Source: Eledone cirrhosa
Lineage: Eukaryota
Assembly: GCA_964016885.1 (NCBI GenBank)
Contig: OZ024754.1
Span: 26,040,001-26,104,000 of the forward strand
Reading direction: 5' to 3'
DNA: 64,000 nt
The translations under genes and the position numbers were made by a program. Numbering within the stretch: the stretch's first letter is position 1; the number at the start of each line of letters is the position of its first letter. A model generated the notes under the pieces. It did no database searches and was not told the origin of the DNA. It was given only the letters and a program-made list of their open reading frames with translations. Positions 33,970 to 47,154 of this stretch are shown here, piece after piece.

Positions 33970-36900
33970 TCAGACCAACAGAAAAGATGCCAACAGTGAG
34001 AAGTGGTCAGATCCTAACTGTTTATTGGGCAGTTTGTCAAATTCCATGACCTCACGTTTTAATGGTAGTTGATAGCAACACATAAGTTTTAAGTTGCCCT
34101 CAACACTGCTGTCATACTGGGACTTGTGCAGCAGTTTACTGTCAACTGTGTAAAATATATAGTCTACCGTAGAACAACATTTGTTGTGATATGTACTCAC
34201 TTCTCTCTGAAAAGAACCCCTCACTTTTGTCACATGTTTATACACTGATAATAAATTGAAACAATGTTTGATTGTACCCTTTTGAAAGGGCTGAAACAGA
34301 TCCTTAGCTATCTTATCACATGAATGCGAAGAAGGCTCGATATCTTCTTTTCCGGCAGCTTCATGTGAAGGTGACGTGTCTTTGTTAGCAGACTGTTCCA
34401 CAAGGCAATGCTGATGTCTTTTTTTACAAACCTGAATGTATTGGCAATGGCAGTTGATGTTTAAATGGGCTGGGAAGAAATCTCTGGGCATGTAATTGTC
34501 TCTGCCATAATTTTCATCTTCCTGCCCAGACATTTCTCGAATTAACAGGTTTTCGTAGCGCAAATAACTGGACATTAAGAAGTTGTAAATCTCACTAAAA
34601 GGTTCCGTGTTGAAATCACCACACATAATAAAAGGGTAGTAAAGGTTTTTCTCACTACTTATTTTATGTTTGAAAGAAATCTTTTCAAGCTCTGCCAATA
34701 AAAGAATGAGCTGAGCAAGTTTTACATCTCCTCGACGAGGGTTAAACAATAAGTGAGTGTTAGCCACATAGAAACGCCTGTCCCTCTTTTTAAATGCAGG
34801 ATTCCTTGGTTTTAAACCAACAATCAGACCGACATTACCACGGTCAAGAACCCCACCCTTCATGTAGTCAACTGGATGAGAAGAGAGCTGAACAAACAGG
34901 AGAATTTTGTAGAAGGTTGCACAGCCATCACTCTGATAGTTCGACTTTGGGCAGAATACACCTTCATAACCTGACAGAGAGAAAGAAAAGTTGGTCTAAA
35001 ACATCAGAGAAATATTTAATAATACATATCACCATCATTATCATCATATATTCTGTCAGTAATTCTAGAATCCCCTCTAACATGTTTATAAAATAAATCA
35101 TACCTCGCTTTTCAAATTCTGGTTTGAGAAATTTCTCATAATGGTCCTGCTGAACCTCCTGAAGGCACATAATCTGGAAAGATAATTTTACAGTTGTTTA
35201 ATTAACTCTTCCTGTCCTGTATCACATGAGGTTGCATTAGCAAGACATTCTTAAACAGTACAAAACAGCACTATGACTGGATCACATAAAAAATAAAAAC
35301 CTTTACTGTAATATGAAAGGTTTTTAGATAAATATAAACATGTTGACCCTTTCATCATCACCACCCCACCACCATCATCTAACGCAGTGATGGGCAAAGT
35401 ACGGACTGTGAGCCGCATACAGCCTGTTTGGCTTTCTGAATGGCATGCCTAATTTCAAAATTGCCTTGACTTTGTTAGTAGTGCGGCCCATCTTATGATG
35501 AGCCACATCCTATGTGGCCCACTGCTCAGGAAAGGTTGCCCATACCTGATCTAATGTCTATTTCCTGCTAGCAGGACTTAATCAGAGCTACAGATCTCTC
35601 AGATGGGTCATGACAGTATCTCATGTAGATATATTCCTGCACTCTCCAGTGTGCTGTGCATTTTCAATCGTGGCACCAGCACTAGAGAGGTTGTCATGTT
35701 AATACAACTGAAGAGCTCTCTTTACCTCTTGTTTAGCAAGTTTTCTATGGCTGGACGCTTTTCCTATCATCAAGCACTTTGCAAAGTACACTAGGTACAT
35801 TTTATTATGTCACCAACATTAGAGAGATTGCTGTGTCCTTTGTACAGTTAAGAATCCCTTCAATTTTTGACATAATTTCTACAGTTGGTTGCCTGCCAAC
35901 CACCTTACAGGGTGTACAGTGTGTTTTATGATACCAGTATTAGGGAGGTTGTTGGTTATTGACTCAATTGAAGAGTCCTCTCCACTCTAAGGAGAGGGTG
36001 GGTAATAAGAATGATGCCATGGGTAAATGACACTAGGTGAGGGAGATGACACTGGTATAATAAAAGACATATTATGATGGAAGATTTTTAGATAAATATA
36101 AACACATTAACCCATTCATTATCATATACTTCTAATGAAAAACATTACCAATGAATTTCAAATAATTTTGAAAATAGTCAAGAATTTAGAGGGATTTAGT
36201 AATATAAATTTTTCATTAATAATCTAGAATATGGAATATATCGAAGTTTCTTACATAAAATTATGATGAAAAGTATTTATATAAATATAAACACTTTAAT
36301 CTTTTAGTATTTACATTACTCTATATTTACTATTGTATTTTCACAGTAAACACTTTATCACACATAATATCGAATCTATGAGAGTTTGATATTATTTATT
36401 TTGCGAACAATACTTTAACATAAGTATAAGTGGCTGGTTATGGCTGGTTTGAACAGAAAGAGGTGAGAGAATTCTGGTTTAAATGCTAAAGGATTAAAAC
36501 AATTTTGTATCATAGAACAAGGAACAGTTTCAGGCAGTTTGATATCAAAAGGATTAAAGAAAATTATCAGAATTGTAAAGAATAACAGTTTGGAGTTAAG
36601 AAAAATTAAACTTACGTCTGGGCTAAGATGATCAATCTCTTTCAATAAACGCCATTTCCGATATTCCCAAGAGAGAATTTGGGCTTTGCAGTATGTATAG
36701 AGATAACTATGAAAATCTAAGAGATCTTGAGCAAGAATATTGTAAGACATGATGCTAAACTCGAAACCATATTGCTGTCTGGATTCTTGGTGATATTTAA
36801 TGCCAAAATTTGTCCAATACCAGTGTCGAGAAAATATCTTTTGACCTGAAACACAACCAGATTAGTAGAATAAACATATTTAATAGCAAATGAAATAATT

Positions 36901-38099
36901 ATTTCTACTTTTGGCACAAGGCCAGCAAATACCCAGTACATTACTGGTACTTTATTTTATCGACCCCGTAAGGATGAAAGGCAAAGTTAACCTCGGCGGG
37001 ATTTGAACTCAGGCCGTAAAGGGACATAACTATGCTGGAAAGCATGGCGTCCAACTCTCTACCGATACTGCCAATCTACCGATAGCAGATGAAATAATAT
37101 TAGCAAGACATTCTTGAAAAGTACAAAACAACTCTGTGACTGCATCATGTTAATTCTTAACATCCTGCACCACATGAAACCACATTAGCAAGACATTCTT
37201 GAAAAGTACAAAACAGTAGAGTGACCACATTACATTTACAACCTTATGATTGTGTGCCTACACCCTAACCATTAACACCCACAACTTCACACACAGGAAT
37301 TAATGCAATAGACATTTAGTAGGTTAAAAATCTACTCACGTTCAGTAACGGTTCTCTTTGGTGAACGGAACATTCTTGGTAGATCAGCAGCAGACTCAGA
37401 AACAGTGCCAAAGCTGGTCGATCGTTTCCTTTTCTTTGGTTGCACACACTCAGTATTATCAGAAGTAGTTTCTTGTCTGCTACAATGAGCCTCAAAACAA
37501 AAGTCACGTTTCTTCTGGCCTTTGTTTTTCATACTAAACGGACCAAAATCAATGGATGAAAGCTCATTGCAATTCGCTGAGCTACTGTCCTGAAAATTAC
37601 TATCTAAATTGTCTAATGATTGAGATTTATAATTGCAACACGTTGATGGTAAAATGGGCCAAGATTCTTGCTTTCCTTTGAAACCAAGTCGATATTCTAC
37701 GATCGGTGGCAATGATTTAGAAGAAATATTGTCATCCTTCTCATCAGACGATATCGAGAGATCAATGTAAGCTGTGGTTTTTTCTTCAGGTGGTGGTGGT
37801 AGTGATGGTAGTGGTGGTAGTGGTGATGGTGGTTGTGATGGTAGTGGAGGTGGTGATTGTGATGGTAGTGGTGGTGGTGATGATGGTGGTGGTTGTGATG
37901 GTGATAGTGGTGGTGATGTCTTGTTATCAACACCACATTCCTTGTCGTCTTCAATTATCTCAATAACATCGATATTAGTAGGAATGTTAAAGGAATTACT
38001 ACAATGGTCATCGGATATGGAAGCTTTACTGTGTAAACTGAGATCAACTACGAGATGGTTTTCATCTTCAATGACATCTTGCGGGTTATATATATTCAT
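33970..38099 (-). CDS. angel: Protein angel homolog (CCR4/nocturnin EEP family); coding exons 38099-37340, 36845-36616, 35173-35104, 34970-33970
   Basis: GT-AG introns with consistent phases. Motifs FSIMSYNILAQDL, CLQEVQ, DGCATFYK, VANTHLLFNPRRGDVKLAQL, CGDFN, TVDYIFY, GSDH. True start could lie in an upstream exon (acceptor at 38110). Confidence 0.9.
35385..35548. mobile_element. hAT-Charlie-like MITE in angel intron
   Basis: TIRs CAGTGATGGGCAA / TTGCCCATACCTG; 7/8 TSD ATCTAA(C/T)G. Confidence 0.75.
36900..37081 (-). mobile_element. tRNA-derived SINE family A with TSD
   Basis: TSD ATAGCA(A/G)ATGAAATAAT. Confidence 0.9.
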
Positions 38100-38575
38100 G
38101 TCTTCCTGCCTGGAATGGAAGAAAGAAAGGTGATTAGATGCAGATGAAATAACAAAACAACAGGCATTTCTCTGCTAAAGGAAGGGTTAGCTTTGCAGGT
38201 TCCATGACATAGGGTCTTTTTGAGACAATGTTTTACAACTAGATGCCTTTCTTGGAGCTAACCATTTTACTCAGTACAGTGTACTTTCTTTTATTGAGAA
38301 AAAATAAAAGAATATAACAAAAAACTGGATTGATAAAACTATCAAATGCCAAGTATAGCTTTATTCCTTCACCTTTTTGATGCCAACCTGCCAAAAACCC
38401 TGTTTCTGGTGGTGGTAGTAGTACTAGCAGTAGTAGTAGTAGCAGCAGCAGAAATTATTTAAACCCTAGTTCAGCCCTGTGATTAACCAATTTGATCAGC
38501 CTAGTTAAAACCAGAACCCCTGGTTCTATGAAACAAAACCATCTGTTTTTAATTAAAATCTTCCAACATTATTTT

Positions 38576-38921
38576 ATCGGTAGAGGGTCGGACGCCATGC
38601 TTTGACGCATAGAGTTACGGCCCTTTCCATTCTGAGTTCAAATCCCGCCGAGGTTAACTTTGCCTTTCATCCTTACGGGGTTGATAAAATAAAGTACCAG
38701 TCATGTACTGGGTAATTGCTGGCCTTGTGCCAAAAGTAGAAACAATTATTTTATATAAGAAGGGTTGGACGCCATGCTTTCTAGCATAGTTACGTCCCTT
38801 TACAGTCTGAGTTCAAATCCCGCCAAGGTTAACTTAGCCTTTCATCCTTACGGGGTCGATAAAAGAACCAGTAATGTACTGGATAATTGCTGGCCTTGTG
38901 CCTAAAGTAGAAACAATTATT
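38576..38921 (+). mobile_element. Two tandem SINE family A copies
   Basis: Copies at 38576-38749 and 38761-38921, both with B box GAGTTCAAATCC. Confidence 0.85.
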
Positions 38922-39509
38922 GTATATAAGAACCATATGTTATGTTATCATCATCATCATTGTTTAACGTCCATTTTTCCACACTAACATGGGTAGAACT
39001 CATAGTAATGAAATAATTAATAGTTTTAGTAAATTCCTCAAGAATCTTCATTATATAAATGAAACAGAGTGTATTACATACGAAACAGCCAGAGAGCAAT
39101 GGAATGGTGGAATTGTTAAAGAGTTGAATGAGATAGTTTGTGATATCTAATCCAGCTCTGTAGGTTCTGAGTTTAAATCTTGCCTCCTCCTGCCAAGAGT
39201 TGTGACCAGCAAATAGTATCAGCAATGTAAAGAACAATGAAAATATTGTTTCTTTAGTGTTGATCAGACAATCAGCTCCTTTCCTTTTTTATTAGAAATA
39301 CAATCACAAAAAGGTTAATGTAGGTCCTAGTAAGAGGTTTGACATAATATGGGTGAAAGATTGGGTTAGTGTGCACAAATATAGGAACATACAAGAACTG
39401 AGGGTGAAAAGCTGGATATAAGAAGAATCAGATATAGCGTGCAAGAAAGATGACTGCTCTGGTATAGGAATGTGATGTATATTGGTTAGTTAGTTAGTTT
39501 GTTCCAAGC

Positions 39510-39755
39510 CCAGAGGCTCACCAAGCTAGGGCTTATCCTGGATTCATTGGCATTAAGTGACTGAGAATACACAACTCCCTACCTGGACAGGACATCAGTT
39601 TGTCACAGAGTTAATACCCAGCAGCTGCTGGTAGTCATTGCTTTCAGTTGAGTGAAATGAAGTATCTTGCTTGAGGACACAATGTGCTGTCCAGTTTAGG
39701 AATCAAACCAATGATACTTTTATCATGAGCCCAACACATCAACCACAAGGCTGCA
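39510..39755 (-). mobile_element. tRNA-derived SINE family B (related copies near 56745-56860 and 63400-63640)
   Basis: Minus strand TTGTGTCCTCAAGCAAGATACTT domain; shared CCTGGACAGGA...CACAGAGTTAA segment among copies. Confidence 0.55.
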
Positions 39756-40409
39756 AGCCTTTACGATGTGTGTGATGTGTATGGAAGATGGTAGTTGCAT
39801 AAAGAAGTGCCCCAAGTGTTTAAAGAGAATGGAACCTGTGGAAAAAGAAGACCAAAGAAGACATGGGTCAAAGTGGTGACTTCATAACAGAGATGACAAA
39901 AGAATGTGATGATTGGTTGTAAAAACCTTATTTAAAACAGGAATGTACAAAGCGAGAAGAGATCCTCCAACATATAATAGGGTAATAACACTTAACAAGA
40001 ACTGACTTGGACTGTAATGATCAGTCCAACCCATGCTAGTATGGAAAATGGGTATAAAATGAGGTCTCATAGAAAATGTAGTAAATTGAAAAACTTCAAT
40101 TAATTAAGATTATCCTTGCAATTTGAAGACAAAAACTCTCTTTGGGCAATGAGTTGGGGTGGGGATCAAAACAAAAAAAAATCAAAACAGCCAGGGAGAT
40201 AACACTAACAATATCAGTTAATCCAAGTTTGGAGAATAGGGCACACATTGTAGTGCTAGCATAGGGCATAAATATCTGGGTGCCAACTCTGCAAGGAAGG
40301 ACATGGTTGATAGAAAAGTACTGGATATCTTTAAACAGGCTGGATTGTAAATGACAGGACCAAAATGCAGAATTCCAAATGAAAATAAATAAGTTATGAT
40401 AATTTACAC

Positions 40410-40860
40410 AGGGTGCATACACCAAAAAATCCACCTAAGAACTAAACTTCACATCATCAACTCCAACGTGAAGGCAGTACTGCTGTACGGATGTGAAACT
40501 TGGAGGACAACAAAGAAGATAAAGCAAAATACCCAGACATTCTTTAACACCTGTCTGAGGTACATCTACAACATCAAATGGCTGGAGAAGATCAGAAACG
40601 AAGATCTGTGGGAGTGAGTGGGACAGGAACCAGTGGCAAAGCAGATTCTGTGGAGGAAGTGGAGCTGGATTGGACATACCCTCAGGAAACCAGCATCAAA
40701 CACCACTGGAACCTGCCGAGGAAGAGAGGCTGGCCCCATGACGCTGAGGCTGAATTAAGAAAACAGGAAGCCAACTGGAGTAGAGTGGTGAGAGCAGTCT
40801 AGGATCGTGTACAATGGTCTATGCTCCACAGAGTGTGATAGGGCTGAATAAATGAATGAA
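40410..40860 (+). mobile_element. RTE-clade LINE 3' fragment
   Basis: TKLHIINSNVKAVLLYGCETWR...WSWIGHTLRK; (TGAA)n tail. Confidence 0.8.
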
Positions 40861-41859
40861 ACAAAGCAGACTTAGGTTGTTTTTGAACTCGTACCAGAAT
40901 AGTTAGTAAATCAACTGAAATATAAGGCACTCATCTCAATCTTATTATGGAGGGCATCTATATCAGTAGTTCTCTTCTAAGGACCATATATATTTAAATG
41001 AATTTTACCACTGCAATTATACTCCCACTCGAATTTTTTACAGTGATAATGGTTTTTGATTTAGGCACAAGGGTCATGGTAAAGTCGATTAAATCTTCCC
41101 CAGAAGTACTTTATTTCATCGACTCAGTAAGAATGAAAGGCAAAGCTAACCTCGGTGGGATTTGAAATCAGAACGCAAAGGGATGTAACTCTATGTCGCG
41201 AAGCATGGAGTCCGACGCTTTACCCTATTGCCACTCAACCGCCCCATTTATTTATTTTTTTTACAGATTTTTTGAGTGATAATAACAATTTTAAAATGTT
41301 TAGAGGAAAATAGTATGTGTATTTATGTTTTTAACAAAGTACTTGAAAATTTGAACTTTGTCCACGGAACCCCTCTCCACCAGTTTTACTTTTGTGGGCG
41401 TCAGATTGGAAACAGCTGATATGTATCTATCTATCCGAGTTAAATCACAAACTGGATCAAGATATACTTTTATATATTTGTCAAAAGAGTTTTATGCTTT
41501 AAATCAACACACACACGCACATATATATATATATATATAACATACATTAAAATCCTCTGCGACCTGTAAACTCAAATACAATAGAAACAACACAATACAA
41601 AGAGAAAGAAAGACTACACGTGTAGAACTTCACATCGACAACCATCTGGTGGAGTGACAGCTATATTTGATCAAACACAAACCTTGCTAATTTTATGGAT
41701 TATATATACAGCTTGGGGATCCAACCGGATCTGTTGGAGACGGTTTCTTCTGACAAGACCCGCTGGAGGGTTTGAGGACTCTGCCACCACGACCCTCTCA
41801 GGAATAAGTGGGCGAAGAAGATACACAGCTAATTGTATAGTCTATATATACACCTATAT

Positions 41860-42050
41860 TTTATATACGCACCTTGCTAATTGTATATTTTATATATACA
41901 ACTATATTTGATCAAACACAAACCTTGCTAAGTTTATATTTTATATACATACCTTGTTAATTGTATATTTTATATACACACCTTGGTAATTGTATATTTT
42001 ATATACACACCTTGGTAATTGTATATTTAATATACAAACCTTGCTAATTG
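41860..42050. repeat. ~29-bp minisatellite
   Basis: Repeats of ACCTTG(C/G/T)TAATTGTATATTTTATATACAC. Confidence 0.8.
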
Positions 42051-42749
42051 TAATACTAAAATACTTCTTAATACTAAAACAAAGTATTAAATATACATAT
42101 GGTGGGTAAATAAATACTTTCAAGCATCATTAGTGTTGTTTTGTTTCTTTATAAAGAATTTAAGGACGTTAGTGTCCTTGAGCAAGGCGCTTTATATAAA
42201 ACCGGGAGACCCTATTATTAAAACACCTGGTAGGAGGCCAGCTAAGCCTATAATAGGCGTTAACTGTAACAGCTACAATATCTCTCTCTCTATATATATG
42301 ATAGAATAGATTTCAAAAAAAAATATTTAATAACCTTGTATGTATATATATATATATATGCACACACGCGCGCATGATAGAACTGGGGCCGTCTCTTATT
42401 AAGATACCCGAGAACATCCTAAAAGATATAACCTTGTATGAGGCCAGCTAACCTGCATAGGTGTGAGCTGTAAATTTGATTTTCATTTTTTTCCTTCTAG
42501 GTGCTTTGTTTTGTGAACTGTGTATTTTTCACTGGTTTAAGTTTGTATTGTGTGTTTTTATTATTCTTTTGAAGTTTACGGCCGTAACGTAAAGAAGGTC
42601 GTTTTAAAATATATAAAACATTGTTGACAACTGAAACTATAAAAGATAAAGAAGGAACATAAAAGAAACGAAGACGTACGTATATCGGTGCCACATGCTG
42701 GCAAACCAGGATAGAAGATGAAACATTATTTAGAGCTGAAGTGAAGTTT

Positions 42750-43125
42750 AACAGATTTCATTAGCGCCACGAATTATGGAGGATCTAAAGCAGAGAGGGT
42801 TTATGTGTTTATTTTAGATAATAGTTGAAGCAGTTGGAAGATATATTTATGCAGGCCACAGCAGCTGTGGAATTATCCTACCTGAAAGTAGTTTTAAGGT
42901 GAAATCAACATTTATACTCCATGTTCCACCGGAAGTTAGATGGTCGCCATATGAGGGAGACGACTCTAACTTCTAAATTTACTGGAGGTGAAGAAAGAAC
43001 TGATTTACTCTCTCTACACCTCGCAAACAAATATGTTTATGAAATCTATCCCTGAAACCACGCTCTCTACTGTACTAGATGCATTTTCTAGGTGAAAGAC
43101 GAATTGAAGAGGACTGGTAAGTTTC
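42750..43125. promoter_or_regulatory. Candidate bidirectional promoter between angel (-) and CDPF1 (+)
   Basis: CCGGAAGT (ETS-like) at 42929 and CGCCAT (YY1-like) at 42945; repeat-free stretch; candidate + UTR exon TTTTCTAG|43092-43116|GTAAGT. Confidence 0.4.
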
Positions 43126-43571
43126 CTCGATCTAAGTAGAGATTTCTGTTTAAACAGCAAATATCCAGAACTTGAGTGGGTTATTGTTATATTTCAAAAT
43201 TACAACAGTTCGGGTTAAAAATATAAATATATAAATGGTCACTGATCTCTGCGCAATGATGATTCACCGAGCATTCCACATTCGAAACAAACAAAGAAAA
43301 GAAAAACCAAATAAATAATCAACGTTTTTTAAGACGCTAGAAATAGGTGCTAAATTTCCCTTAAATCCCATTTTAGCAGGAATGTCACTAGACATAAGTT
43401 GTCCACATTAATTCTGATTTCTGAATAAATACAAACTGGAACTTTTTTTGTTACATAATAAACCGTAATTGCTAATCTAGTTCTGTAGAAGTCATTTCTA
43501 TATGAAATAAATAAATAAATAATATATATATATAGTTAATTCCACAACAATTACCAAACCATACTCTATAC

Positions 43572-44122
43572 TAGGGTTTCCCAACCTTTTATAAGCCAGC
43601 GCCCCCTTTGGGCGCAAACTTTTTTGTCACCCCACCCCACCCCCTCCTGTCAAATCAAATTTCAAATAAGATACTGAATTCATCTTACACCAAATGGGTA
43701 CAAAACCTAAAACATATGTGCGTGTGTGGTTGGGCCTTTAATCGCCAGGGGTCAATTTAGGTTCAATCGCAGAAAAGAATTCAAAACGGCGACACACTCA
43801 CATACACGCAGAAATGTAGATTTATAGATTTCTAGGAGTTCAAAATACCATTGTGTTATTGCTGATACATACAAACATATCAGCCACTCCCGAAAGCCAG
43901 TTTCATTCAAAATTCTGACCACTATTCTTTTCGCTTTTATTCATTGTTTTCGCCTGTTTTTGTTTTGGGGGTTTCACTTTAGCGAGACCAGTTTTTGAAA
44001 ATTTGAAAGAAAAAAGAATGGATAAAATGCCCAAATTAAATAAAAACTCCCAGCGCCCTCCCTCCCTTTTCAACACAACAACGGCCACAAGAGGGCGTTA
44101 GTGCCCAAGTTGGGAAATACTG
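43572..44122. mobile_element. hAT-type MITE
   Basis: TIRs TAGGGTTTCCCAAC / GTTGGGAAATACTG; TSD degenerate. Confidence 0.65.
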
Positions 44123-44452
44123 CTTCTCGACCTTTGGAATAAGTGCTCTACCAACTTTGGATACAACCTCCAGATTTTTCACTACACTATAAATATATAT
44201 ATTTTAAAAAGAAAATAACATTAACATTTGATATTGTCGCTTGTCACTTTTACCAGGTTATATTTCCTACCTGAAATTTTCCGTTTGGTCGAGCCGAGAG
44301 GCCGTTTGTATCTCTCACTTGCAACAACATGGTCTTTATATTTCGGCGAAGATGAAGGAGAGAAAATGTCTTTTAATTCATCACAAACCAAGAAATAATA
44401 AGGCAACTGACTTATGTAACACATAGCCAAGTTCATTACTAAAACATATGAA

Positions 44453-44794
44453 ATGGATGGAAATAATTCTGAAAATAAATCGATAAAGAAATTTGTTTGC
44501 AAAGTATGTAACTTCTCAGCGAGTTATCATTATTTCGGTGATAAACCCTCCAAATGTAAGTCTGTCGTTTTGAAGGAACAAATGTATATTATGAACGATC
44601 CCTTTTCGTCGAATGAAGAAAACTCCTTTATTTCTCTCGGTTCAAACTGCATTTACTGTAACATTACTGTGTGTGCTGATAGAAAATGTAGTTTTTATTA
44701 TGATGGACGCTTTTGTTCAAATTGTTGCTCAAAATTTATCTCCGAGTTTCCAATTGAAGTTCAACAGGAAATTAAAAAGAAAATGAGTACTTGA
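44453..44794 (+). CDS. CDPF1: Cysteine-rich DPF motif domain-containing protein 1
   Basis: 113 aa: F.CxxC...Y.YFG.KP, YIMNDPFS, LGSNCxxC...VC...CSFYY..RFCxxC...FP.EVQ.E matches the C6_DPF family pattern. Confidence 0.9.
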   Translation: MDGNNSENKSIKKFVCKVCNFSASYHYFGDKPSKCKSVVLKEQMYIMNDPFSSNEENSFISLGSNCIYCNITVCADRKCSFYYDGRFCSNCCSKFISEFPIEVQQEIKKKMST

Positions 44795-45619
44795 AAAATT
44801 AGGAAGGAAAAAAAAAGAGGAACGTCGGAATTAAACCGCGGAGAATAGTTCGGAGAAGGATCAAGTTACGTAATTTGATTTTAGAATATATATATTTTTT
44901 AATCGTAGCCAGTTGAAGAACAACACATGCATAAACTACCAGCAACTTCTATCTGTGGCCCCAATGCTGCTGGGAAGGACAGGGACATTAGTCACCACTT
45001 TTCGTTTCTATTTTCTTAAAACTACAAACACTTCGATTCTAGTTAACAATATACATAAATGTTTCTGATATTTCACAGAATTTCCAATAAAGTTTATAAC
45101 TGTAATATTTGCGGCAGAGCGTTTAATTAACAGCAGTGATGATGTATTATTATGTTTTAAATGTGCTGCTTTTTCACGTATTCTCGTGTACAATATTGTA
45201 CATTGACTAAATGATTCTGTCATGACAACTCTGTGATATACGAACCAGTCTATGTAATTTGCTAAAGATGTCCTAATAGTAGAGAAACATCCAGAGTTAT
45301 CTCTCGTACTTATAGAAATGATTGTACAATATTTGTTAACGGTCATCTTTCTCTCTTTCTGGGTTGAAATCCTGTCAGGAATAGGTTTTACCATCAATCT
45401 CTCCAATATCAATAACCAATAACCCTCTGAATATCAATTCAGTGAACAATCTACCTCCCTAATAAATATATAACGTACTACTTTCATCACCCATATTGTG
45501 TCCAAAACCTTCATGCCATCCACTAACCACGTCTACCTCCGTAATAAATGTTTAACTTTGTATTGCTTTCATCACCCATATTGTGTCTAACCCCTCTACT
45601 AACCACTAAGTCCTGTGCA

Positions 45620-46420
45620 GAACATCTTATTTTATCCAAAGAAGTGCACTGGCAACAATTTAAAAAGATCATCAACAGCATCAATATCTTGAGTCTCACA
45701 GTGTCATGTGCTGTGGTTAGGTTGACCAACATAGTGCAAGACTTGTGGCCCTTTATGAAGCTGTCTGTTGTGGGTTAATTATTGGTTTCAGTCTGGCTAG
45801 AAGAATCCACTCCAGACGTTTGAAGGGGGCCCACAGGAGGGAGATTGGTTTGTGTTCTTTGAATCATGAACAGGCTTGTTTGGTTTTGGAAGGTCTATGA
45901 CAGGAGCCTTCTTCCAGATCATCAGTATGGTTTGATTGATAAAGCTGTAAGAGTTGAACACCCTCTGCCATTCCTGGCATCTTGACCTGTTGTGTATCTA
46001 GAATTCTGTAGGGATGTTGTCGGGTCCCTGGTCCTTATCACTCTTGAGTTGACCTAAAGCTAAGTTTAGCTCATCTTGTGAAAAGATAGCAGATAGAAAT
46101 CTATCCACACCTGGAGCTACAAGTTTATTGTTTCTTGTTTCACAAAGCAGGTGTAGTTGTTTGAATTTTTGAAATGGTCATTTGAAAGGAGTTGTCCAGC
46201 AATAGAGTTAGCTGATGCAGGACATGTTCTAGATTTAGGACTGTTGCCTATATTTGAATGCCTTCCTGCTCAAGTGGATGAAATCTATACCTTTAACTGT
46301 TTCCTCCCAATTATCTCAACATTTCTAAGTTTGTTGACCTCCTCGTGGTGGGCCCTGGAAACATCACTATTGCAGACCTTCTTATGCAATAATGTTCACC
46401 ATAACCTTAGATCAAACCTA
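45620..46420 (-). mobile_element. Highly decayed LINE RT fragment
   Basis: LVNLTTAHDTV resembles the DLTAAYDTV RT motif; multiple stops. Confidence 0.55.
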
Positions 46421-47154
46421 GCTTTATGAGTGAAATTTGGTCAACATAAACTGCTTGGAAACTCATCAGATTGACTGTACCTGTCATTTAAATGTCACCC
46501 TTTTCACATACAGTAGTATCACACTGAATCTCCCTGAGGATTACATTAGAATGCTCAGCCACTTACACTATAATAGAAGGTGGATTGTACCTGTAATTGA
46601 AAGATCCAATCTTGTCACATACTGGGTTACACTGAATCTCTTTGAGATTTATTTTCAGAGTATGTATATATGTTGTATACTTGGATGTTAATTATGAGAA
46701 TATGAAAAAGAAAAGATAAAAACAAAATTAAGTAATGAAAAAATGGGGAGGAGTAAAGAAGGGCTGTCTGGCTGAAGAGGAAAGGACAATAAATGCCATA
46801 AATGAGAAGAAAAGGGGGGAAAGAACAAGGACTATTAGGCCACGGAAGAGAAGGAGAGAGGATAACAGGCTCTATGCCTAGGGAGGGACGGTGTTTGTGC
46901 TGCACCCTATAGACAAAACTGCAAAGGCATTTCCGCAGACAATGGCCAGTGACACCCACTGCAAGAGCCAGTTTTACAGAGGAGCTTGTTGCAAGCAAGC
47001 TGGCTACACTGTTGATTGAACAACTGGAATACTGATAGCGGTTCATTTATTTTATCTCCAAATTAAAACATCAAGCCTTTTAATGCCTAACCATCTGAAA
47101 CCATCTCTGTTTCCATGGTACAAAACTGTTTATATTCATCTACAGACATTAAAT

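Noticed and set aside
37697-38133. His-rich and Gly-rich ORFs
   Set aside because: Alternative frame and opposite strand of the proline-rich tract in the angel exon.
42497-42726. Coding first exon for angel
   Set aside because: The frame needed to join the 38109 exon hits TAG at 42497; at most a UTR exon.
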